A model generated the notes under the pieces. The model was not told where the DNA came from. It was given only the letters and a program-made list of their open reading frames with translations, and searched no databases. The translations under genes and the position numbers were made by a program. Positions 1 to 8,378 of a DNA stretch of 34,114 nt are shown in pieces. Position 1 is the first letter of the stretch. Each line of letters opens with the position of its first letter. Origin of the DNA: Nemertoderma westbladi (taxonomy: Eukaryota; Animalia; Xenacoelomorpha). Location: positions 1-34,114 of the forward strand of contig JAUCBJ010008949.1 in the NCBI GenBank assembly GCA_032718475.1, given 5' to 3'.

Positions 1-294
1 AGGTTAGGCCATGTCCTTGTGTGCTAGCCTAGGCACTGGCTTGGTCAATGACTTTAGCTTTAGCTGCCATTTTAGTAATGCTTAGGTTTTGGATTAACCG
101 GAACGACGTTTTACGTGGCGTATTCATAATTACAAGCCCAAGCTACTAACCCCTTTCCCCAAGCGCAAGCACCAGTCACCAATCTTTCGAGTATCACATT
201 AGACAAAGACCAGCACGACTTACTAGGCCTCGGTTTTACCTTTATTCCCAACAGAGGTATAACGAACACCGACCGTTTCGATAGCCACGTCGAC

Positions 295-2796
295 ATGGCC
301 ATCGCACCGACCAAACTCCGCAATCGGTGTCGGAGATTAGCGGACCACAATCCCCCACCCACCAACGGCAACCACGGATCGAACCCGACCATTCTAACTC
401 CCACCCACCGGCCGATCCTCCCGCCAACGGATACGTTTGCCGCCGCGTTGCCAGGGCAACCACCAATTTCCGCCATAAATAAACCGAGCACCCGTAAGTC
501 GGCACAACGCTGTTTGTTCCCGGCACTAAACACCGAACAAACATCCGATGTTGAGCCAGCACCGCCGATTGCCCCAACACACACATACATACCAACTACC
601 CCACTCGATGACCCCCACAACCTGCCGTCCCACCCACCACCGTCGCGAGGCCCATGCACACCCCTAGACACGCCATCATCGCGAACACGTTCGAAAACGC
701 GAACACCGACAACGCGCACCCTACCACGAGTGACGAAGCTAAATACGATTACCGAACAACCCAATATCGACCCGGAACCACCCGACCCCCCATTCTACCG
801 CCACGCGAGATACGTCGCCCCCCGCGCCGATGACCCTGGCATAGAATCACTTATATACGACCTACACAAAACAACCAACTCAATTAATCTACAGCGATAC
901 AACAACCAACACCCCCCTAACTTAAATAAATCTCAACTCACTGCTCTCCAATCTCTTAAGAAAATTAAAGATGTCTCCTTCCTCAAAGGAGATAAAACCG
1001 GTAACATTATTCTACTAGATACCGCCGATAAACACTTTGAAATCCTAAGGATCCTCAGCGACACTACAACCTACGAACAACTAACTAAAGATCCAACCGC
1101 CCGCTTCCGTGTCAAATGTCGAGCCCTCCTACGTGAACTGTCGTTACGCAACCCCGAACTCCAAACGCACCTATTTCCCAATACTTTTACCACAGGCCAC
1201 ATTTTTATCTCCCTCAAAGATCACAAACCCAAAGAGGAATGGATCCAACACCCAAACGGTAAACTAATCCCTAAAGGCCGACCAATTATATCCAATACTG
1301 ACGCCTTTTTCTCACCACTTTCTAAACTGATGCATTTCTACTTACACCCTCTAGTCACTAACTCGTCCAATTATCTTTGTAGTTCATTACATTTAAAACA
1401 CACAATGCCTACCCACCTTAATAACTCATCATGTACTCTCATCGCAGTAGATGTAGTCGATATGTTTACTAGTATTCCACACGAGCTCGGGTTACAAGCC
1501 ACTATGCAAACACTTACCGAAGACCCATCCCTGCCACACCGGTCTATATTCACGCCATATCAGTTATGTCTTATACTAAGGTTTCTACTTTACCATAACT
1601 TTTTTAGGTATAGTGACAAATTTTACCTCCAAATCTCTGGTGCGCCCATGGGAGGCTCACATAGCGGTGATTATGCCGTTATAGCCTCATGCAGAGTCCT
1701 CAAGCGAGCCCTAAATACCACCCTTTACTCAGCCCAGTATTTTAAAACACTCGTTGACGACAGTATTGTTGAATTCGATAGGGAACTCAACACCAATGAG
1801 TTAAGTGGTTTGAAAACGTCACTCAACCAAGCCTGCCTCGAACTATATAATACGAACTCAATACAATTCACCATAGAACACTCCTACTCCACCTTAAACT
1901 ACCTTGACCTCACAATATACCGCCAGGATGACAAATTACTTACCCACCTATATAAGAAGCCCATGTCCAATAAATTACCCATCCTATACGCTAGTTTTCA
2001 CCATAAACCCACCCTACTCGCAGTTGTTAAAGCTGAAATCCTCCGTTACCGCAGACTTACTGACTCAGATAACCTTTTTAATGTCACCCGCCATAATTAC
2101 TTGGAACTATGCAAACTTAGAGGATACCCACTAAACTTCTTACTATCAATGTATCTATGGAAACCAGCCAAACAGTTACCCGCCACCTACACCGCTATAC
2201 AGCATACTCACCCTCCCCCCATCTACATACCCACAACTCCTTATTTTTTAACATCTATGTCCAAAACCATCGCCCGGCATCAAAACCACCTTAGTAACAT
2301 AGGTATTGCCATTAAACCCGTCCCACGCAACCTCCCAAACCTTGGACAAATGCTTATACGTAAACTAGACCCACTTATCCCGGTAGGTAATCACCAATGT
2401 CGCGCTCCCCGTTGCTTATGCTGTCTAGCAATTACAAACCTTCGTAAAACACACTGGAATGAATCCATTCACGGCCGCTTTAACTGCAAATCCCACAATG
2501 TGCTCTACATTATCTCCTGTAGAACTCATCCGAGTGATTTCTACATCGGCCAGACGGAACAATTCCTCCACGACCGGCTTAATAAGCACAGACATAGTAT
2601 TAGGGAAGCCCGTAAAGGCTGCGACCCAACTAGCCCCGAAATCCTTCTCCTACAACATTTCACTAACTGTGAAATAGACCAACTGACCGTAACCTGCTTT
2701 AAACAGTTCCGCAACCACCAGCGACGAGTTCATGCAGAGTCCTGTTACATTAATATGATCCACCCAACTCTTAATAAAGTTATACCTTCTATGTAA
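295..2796 (+). CDS. PLE reverse transcriptase-GIY-YIG endonuclease (frame is open from 130)
   Basis: Motifs KGDKTG, LKDHKP, GRPIIS, AVDVVDMFTSIPH, QISGAPMGG, LVDD, YLDLTI, LYKKP; Cys linker CRAPRCLCC...FNCKSHNVLY..C...FYIGQT...R...H; terminal E...I...PTLN. No internal stops. Confidence 0.93.
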   Translation: MAIAPTKLRNRCRRLADHNPPPTNGNHGSNPTILTPTHRPILPPTDTFAAALPGQPPISAINKPSTRKSAQRCLFPALNTEQTSDVEPAPPIAPTHTYIPTTPLDDPHNLPSHPPPSRGPCTPLDTPSSRTRSKTRTPTTRTLPRVTKLNTITEQPNIDPEPPDPPFYRHARYVAPRADDPGIESLIYDLHKTTNSINLQRYNNQHPPNLNKSQLTALQSLKKIKDVSFLKGDKTGNIILLDTADKHFEILRILSDTTTYEQLTKDPTARFRVKCRALLRELSLRNPELQTHLFPNTFTTGHIFISLKDHKPKEEWIQHPNGKLIPKGRPIISNTDAFFSPLSKLMHFYLHPLVTNSSNYLCSSLHLKHTMPTHLNNSSCTLIAVDVVDMFTSIPHELGLQATMQTLTEDPSLPHRSIFTPYQLCLILRFLLYHNFFRYSDKFYLQISGAPMGGSHSGDYAVIASCRVLKRALNTTLYSAQYFKTLVDDSIVEFDRELNTNELSGLKTSLNQACLELYNTNSIQFTIEHSYSTLNYLDLTIYRQDDKLLTHLYKKPMSNKLPILYASFHHKPTLLAVVKAEILRYRRLTDSDNLFNVTRHNYLELCKLRGYPLNFLLSMYLWKPAKQLPATYTAIQHTHPPPIYIPTTPYFLTSMSKTIARHQNHLSNIGIAIKPVPRNLPNLGQMLIRKLDPLIPVGNHQCRAPRCLCCLAITNLRKTHWNESIHGRFNCKSHNVLYIISCRTHPSDFYIGQTEQFLHDRLNKHRHSIREARKGCDPTSPEILLLQHFTNCEIDQLTVTCFKQFRNHQRRVHAESCYINMIHPTLNKVIPSM

Positions 2797-2814
2797 TGCT
2801 AAATAATTTAATCA

Positions 2815-2891
2815 TGTTAATCCTGCCACCCACCCGATACTAACTATCTACTGTTAATCCTGCCACCCACCCGATACTAACTATCTACTGT
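2815..2891. repeat. Perfect 37-bp tandem duplication in PLE 3' region
   Basis: TGTTAATCCTGCCACCCACCCGATACTAACTATCTAC at 2815 and 2852. Confidence 0.95.
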
Positions 2892-3014
2892 ATGTAGACT
2901 TATTTATTAATAATTTGATAAATGTATTAAGTGCAATAACTACTGTATAAATATGCACTTAACTTAACTTATTTCCAGTAACACATTTGCTTAGTTTTAA
3001 TCTTTGATATTATT

Positions 3015-3122
3015 TTTAATTTTCTACTGTTTAAATGTTTGGTGCAAAATAACACATATATTATTAATTTTTCTAATGTTTAACTATTTGGTGCAAAATA
3101 ACACATATATTATTAAGTTTCT
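3015..3122. repeat. Imperfect ~49-bp tandem duplication in PLE 3' region
   Basis: TTTGGTGCAAAATAACACATATATTATTAA core at 3038 and 3087. Confidence 0.9.
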
Positions 3123-3470
3123 CAAGCCACTCACCGCAATTAACTACCTACTGTATAAATTATGTTTACTTGGTTATCTTTTAGCAACTACTGTAAAGGT
3201 GCAACATACCGTACACACGGTACACGTATGCAGCCTGATGACAGGCAGTCAGTGCTTAGGCTGTAGCGCCGTAGCCCCACCACAACTATGCAACTGCACT
3301 ACCGGTACTCACAACGTTTCACTGTTTTAATTAGGCCCCTAAATATTTCAATGTAAATTTCCCATTATTTACTGTAAATGCTGCTTGGTAGGTACCCTAA
3401 ACTTTTAAATTGTGAACTAATTTTTAAATTAAATTATATTTTAACGCTATTTTAATTGCTGAATTGAATA

Positions 3471-3512
3471 TACCGCTGAAGACGCCCGCGAGGGTGAAAT
3501 GGCCATACGGTA
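3471..3512 (+). ncRNA. Minimal type I hammerhead ribozyme
   Basis: TACCG-CTGAAGA-C-GCCC-GCGA-GGGT-GAAA-TGGCCA-TA-CGGTA: helix I TACCG/CGGTA, core CUGAAGA and GAAA, helix II with GNRA loop, palindromic helix III (ATGGCCAT), predicted cleavage after AUA at 3507. Confidence 0.88.
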
Positions 3513-3609
3513 AATAATTAACTTCATTTTTTATATATCCACGTGGTGAAAGACCCTTCCTTGCCTTTATTAATCCTGTAATTTTAGTAATGTACAACTT
3601 CAAGAAATA

Positions 3610-5264
3610 TTATTGGGCACGGCTGCCCTTGTTCATGCCTTGTTGTCACACACACACATACACACACAGAGACTTTTGAAAAACGGCCATAGTATAATTA
3701 CAGTATATCAGTTCGCTGATGGCTCGCCATTCGTGTCTCGCCCCACACAAAATACGCATTCACGCAAACAAACAAGTAAAATTAGCCTCGAGATAGCGAT
3801 AGTTTATGTGCTCGGGAAGAGAGCTTTCGATCATTTGCTCAGATTGGTGCTCGTGTGTCGGAGTGTATAGCTTGGACAGACTCACAGACTCATAGACTCA
3901 CAGACAGACAATGCATATTTATATATAACACTAGAAACCTTCTAGTTCACAAGCTTCTATACAGTCAATCAATCAATGGACAATATCAAACATAAATAAA
4001 TTAATTAATTAACTTAACAAAACTTTACATGTATAACTGCGTGTGTAACTGGAAAACTGTATAACTGCAGAGTAGTGGTTAGCGTCCTCGCAAACATAAC
4101 CTATAGTGCAGTAGGTCACTGCAGCAACTCTATCGTATTAAAATGGAAGGTTGTAATTTCAGACATTTCGCCCCCTAGTGGCAGACTGCCTGCCAAGTGC
4201 CAAGTATCAGCAAAAAAGCATTCATAAACAACAAAATTGTAGGTTTCCTCATTCAGACATTTCATCCCCTAATAGCGGCAGACTGGGGAACTGTAGATTG
4301 GTCATCGTCTCCCCAAGCCCAAATACACACCCTTACGGTGTAGTATACTCTGCTTGGTATCAGCAAAAAAAACATTATAAACATATTGTGTAAAGGACCT
4401 AAGTATCAGCTAAAAATAATTATTAATAACAAAATAGGATAAGATTTTCACTTTCAGACATTTCGCCTCCTAGTGGCAGACTGAAGAACCGCAAACTGGT
4501 CAGCGTCCTCCCAACACGCAGCTATGGTCTGGTAGAATTTATTCTGCAAAGTGTCAGCAGAGTGGTTACGATGATGCTGTTATAATTTCCTGCTTGCTGA
4601 TCAGTAATTTCTCAGATAACAAAACAACTGCAGAATAATGCAATTTTACCTCAAAGACGCATTCATGCAAGTATCAAGTAAATGTGTAAAATAATCAACC
4701 TCGAGATAGCCTTTACAATTCATGTTCACGGGCTCAGGATGGTCTGCATCATATAGATGAACGCACATGATAGAGTCAAGATCCAACTTGTAGGATGACG
4801 GACTGACGACCTGCTAGGCCTACCTCGCTAGCACCCATCCGGTACATTGCAAAATTGAATAATTGAATCATTTTGTGTTTATGATTATAAACAATATGTG
4901 AACTGAAAAAAGCTAATCTAAGATTTACTGCTGGTTCTTACCAATGTAAGTCAAGAACCAATCACAGTAGTTCCACTCCGCTCTCCTGCTGGGTCCTATT
5001 TATTGAGATTACTACTTAACCAACCCAGCCTGCTGCAGGCCACCTATGATTGGTCTGCAAGTAGCTAGCTACCTGGCTAACCGATGTATCATTCGCTCAG
5101 ATTGGTGCTCTTTAGCTGAATATATTAATTTAGATTATGGCTTCCGACATTTATGGCTACCGACACACACACATGTCACACACACACACACAGACTTTTG
5201 AAAAACGGCCATAGTATAATTATATCAGTTCGCTGATGGCTCGCCATTCGTGTCTCGCCCCACA
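3610..5264. repeat. Patchwork of non-autonomous interspersed repeats (Helentron/DINE-1-like appearance)
   Basis: ~95-bp segment duplicated at 3645-3747 and 5175-5264 ((CA)n, ATCAGTTCGCTGAT hairpin, ...CTCGCCCCACA); TCATTYGCTCAGATTGGTGCTC at ~3830 and ~5089; three TTCAGACATTTC..CCTAG.GGCAGACTG units at 4158, 4252, 4453; (GACA)-type microsatellite. Superfamily is inferred only. Confidence 0.65.
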
Positions 5265-6840
5265 TGAGGCTTTACTGCGATTAAAGAATAATAAATCAGA
5301 CGTCAGTTACAGTTTTGATTCCGGTGCACTGATTAATGGCGGTGCTTTTCTTGAAAGTCACCTTGCCAAGTTATTTAATGCTTTCTTATCACATGGCTTT
5401 GTGTCTAAATGTTTGTTATCTATTTCTATGATACCAATTGTGAAAAATAAGTTGGGGGACATTTCTGCAGATACTAATTATAGGGCTATTGCAATATCTG
5501 CGTTACTTTTGAAAGTTTTTGAGTGGGTAATGTTATTAGGGGAAGGTTCGAAATTAAAATTGGATGATCTCCAATTTGGTTTCCGTAGTGAATCTAGTAC
5601 TGTGATGTGCACTTGGTCAGCATCCGAGGTGATTAATTACTATGCCAGACATTCAACGCCAGTTTTTGGGTGCCTGTTGGATTTCACGAAGGCTTTTGAC
5701 CTGATCCAATGGCCAATTCTATTTTTGGAGTTACTAAAAAAGGGATTTTCTGTGTTATATCTAAGGTGTTTGCTTTTCATTTACTGTAATCAAATTTGTG
5801 CGGTGAAATGGTTAAATAGCGATTCGTTTAAATTCTCAATCACTAACGGAGTACGTCAAGGTGCAGTATGCTCCCCTATTTTGTTTTGCATTGTTCTGAA
5901 TATGCTGATTAGTTCATTACGTAAATCTCAGGTAGGTTGCTTTATTGGTAATTATTATTTTGGGGTATTAGCGTACGCAGACGATGTGTTTTTACTTTGT
6001 CCTTCAGTAGTAGGCCTTCAGTTTATGGTTAATCTGTGTAAAGAATTTTGCAGTAAGTATAATCTACGACTGAGTACTGATGTTAATGTGGAAAAGTGTA
6101 AATGTAAATGTATCCCGTTTGGTTTCCGTTGGAATCCACCGGCATTTCGAATAGAAATTAATGATATTCAATTGCCTTGGGTTAAAGAGGCTACTCATCT
6201 AGGAATACTTATCGATTATAAGTGCCGTTTAACTGGTGATATTTTGCGAAAAAGGGGACAATTTATTGGTAAACTAAATAATATTAAGCAAGAATTTGGA
6301 TTTGCACATCCTAGTAATATTTTACAAATACAGAGATTATATGCAATGTCGTTTTATGGTAGTAATACCTGGAATTTGTGGTCTGATGAGTGCCGTAGAT
6401 TATTAACAAGTTGGAATATTAACGTTAGGATTACCTGTCGTCTACCATACAATTCTCATAGGTTCATAGTGCAGGAAATTCCGGGTTTTATGCACCCATG
6501 GGTGATTATTTGTAAAAATTTCGTAACTTTCAGCAATACTTTATTACACTCAAATAGGACGTGCATACGGTTTTTAGCTAAACTGTTGTTATCGGATTGC
6601 AGGTCAATAAGTGGTAGAAATTTACGTAATATTGCAACAGAGTGTGATACTTCAAACCTATCTATTTTAACGCCTGCATTAATTAGTACGAAACTTAAGT
6701 ATGTTCCTATTCCATCAGGTGAAGAATGGAAAGTAGATACATGTAAAGATTTAATTGATGCCTTAATCGGTTTTTCGGTGATTCCGGGTTTTGAGGGTGA
6801 AGAGATCCAAAGTTTACTAAACTATATTTCATCGTGCTAG
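5236..6840 (+). CDS. LINE ORF2 fragment (RT + C-terminal region); first 10 codons are supplied by the flanking repeat
   Basis: NYRAIAI, QFGFR, LLDFTKAFD, GVRQGAVCSP, LAYADD, HLG, SFYGSNTW; uninterrupted 534-codon frame. Confidence 0.85.
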   Translation: MARHSCLAPHEALLRLKNNKSDVSYSFDSGALINGGAFLESHLAKLFNAFLSHGFVSKCLLSISMIPIVKNKLGDISADTNYRAIAISALLLKVFEWVMLLGEGSKLKLDDLQFGFRSESSTVMCTWSASEVINYYARHSTPVFGCLLDFTKAFDLIQWPILFLELLKKGFSVLYLRCLLFIYCNQICAVKWLNSDSFKFSITNGVRQGAVCSPILFCIVLNMLISSLRKSQVGCFIGNYYFGVLAYADDVFLLCPSVVGLQFMVNLCKEFCSKYNLRLSTDVNVEKCKCKCIPFGFRWNPPAFRIEINDIQLPWVKEATHLGILIDYKCRLTGDILRKRGQFIGKLNNIKQEFGFAHPSNILQIQRLYAMSFYGSNTWNLWSDECRRLLTSWNINVRITCRLPYNSHRFIVQEIPGFMHPWVIICKNFVTFSNTLLHSNRTCIRFLAKLLLSDCRSISGRNLRNIATECDTSNLSILTPALISTKLKYVPIPSGEEWKVDTCKDLIDALIGFSVIPGFEGEEIQSLLNYISSC

Positions 6841-7075
6841 AAGTAAGTAAATGTTATTTTTTCGTTAACTTTTGTTGTATGTATAAGTAATGTGCATATT
6901 GAATATAGTATATTCCCGTGCCTTTTATACACCACACTACGTACGCTCTTTATAATATGTGCTACTAATAATTACTATACTACAGTGCTGTGCCATTAAT
7001 TATTAATGTTGTGTTACTTTACTTAATTTGTACTTATACGTTGTATAATGTACGTAATAAACAAATCAAAATCAA
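5265..7075 (+). mobile_element. 5'-truncated non-LTR retrotransposon (LINE, Proto2/RTEX-like)
   Basis: RT without endonuclease domain, 3' UTR, AATAAA at 7056 followed by CAAAT/CAAAAT tail. Confidence 0.88.
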
Positions 7076-8026
7076 TATTTATTATTCAGAGTTTATGCGA
7101 TTATTCGCAACATTCATGTCCCCAAGTTTATTCCTACAGTAATTGTGCTTGTTACACATACCGTTATAGTTAAATTAACCCCGGTACTACACGGGCTGCT
7201 TGGCGTAGGTAAAGACTGGTGACTTTGTGCTCCGGTCACTCCAGCAGATGCCGTGGTTCTTTTAACTGTTCAAGTATATTTAACTGCTAGTTATCTGTTT
7301 TAATAAGTACTTGTACCTAATTTAGGGTTTGGTGTACAGTGCTTTCCGAAAGTAATTAGTGTGTAGGCAGTGTGTTGTGTTGTAAAGTGGTTAATAGGCA
7401 CGTTGGATCTGGTAGTCCGCGGTAATTAACTTCCAGGTAGGAACACTCCGTGATACATAACGTAGTACCTATAGCGATACGGCTATAGGTCGTCAGATGG
7501 TGGTATTTTTCCTATCTGGACAGCGCAATATATTTACTACTACTTATTATTTTCAAATACCGAGGTACCCTGTCCGTTGTAATAACCAGAATTCTAACCC
7601 TTTGTTAGGCTGGTTTGTAGACTTCCTGTAAAATTACCCTAAAATTTCGTACGTAATATTTTTGTTGTGTTTAATTAGAGAATTAATCTCACCCGTATCG
7701 TAAGTAATTTGTAGTATTAAGTAACTTAGGTAAATTAGAATTATCTGTTTTAGTGTCCAATAAGTAGCACTTCACTGAGAGCGCACAGCTTCTGTGTAGT
7801 GACTCCCCCAGAAATAATAACATTTATTTCAAATATTGACAAAACCCTTTTTAAACAGGTATATATATATTATAAATCAACTCAAACGATTTATAAATAG
7901 TAGGCCTGCCATACAACAACTAGGTCTCAATATCAGTTGGACTACTGCTTAAATAACGGTAATAAAGTAAGTTAAAGTAACTAAGTAACCTTTAAAATTC
8001 AGAAATTCAATTATTTAAATAATTGA

Positions 8027-8300
8027 TATACCGGTATTTACGATAGGCCTATTATCTTTATTTCTATAAATTTAGGCTGAAATTATACCGGTATTCTGTA
8101 ATTAATTCTAGTCCAGAATTATACTTATATACTATAAGTGTCAGCTGTATACCGGTATTCACGATAGGCCTATTATATATTTATATATATTTGTGCTAAA
8201 ATTATATACCGGTACTCTGTGACAAACCTAGTTTACAATACTTCTATATATTATAAGTGTATACCGGTATTCTAATATACTATAATAAATTACCGGTACT
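8027..8300. repeat. ~120-bp degenerate tandem repeat in the BEL 5' leader, built on the palindrome TACCGGTA
   Basis: TATACCGGTATTYACGATAGGCCTATTAT at ~8027 and ~8148; six TACCGGTA cores in ~270 bp. Confidence 0.88.
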
Positions 8301-8378
8301 AGGCCAACGGTCATACTGAATTACTAGACTTGCTTTAACTGTAACTATAGCAGTAAGCATTCAACTGTATAGCTAAAC

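Larger units (their letters stand above)
1..3600 (+). mobile_element. Penelope-like retroelement (PLE), probably Neptune-type; 5' end lies outside the window, 3' pseudo-LTR region about 2797-3600
   Basis: Single ORF with PLE RT followed by GIY-YIG endonuclease; AT-rich 3' region containing a hammerhead ribozyme, typical of PLE pseudo-LTRs. Boundaries approximate. Confidence 0.9.

Noticed and set aside
1-90. TTAGG/TTAGC-like words suggesting telomeric repeats next to the PLE
   Set aside because: Scattered and non-tandem; the element also has its own endonuclease.
111-764. 217-aa and 117-aa minus-strand ORFs
   Set aside because: Antisense shadows of the C-rich PLE coding strand with no recognisable motifs.
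3229-3269. Hairpin containing CTGATGA/ATGA in the PLE 3' region (second hammerhead or SECIS?)
   Set aside because: No GAAA core follows, there is no 3' GA quartet or apical AA, and the ORF has no in-frame TGA. It is a plain hairpin (GCAGCCT/AGGCTGT).
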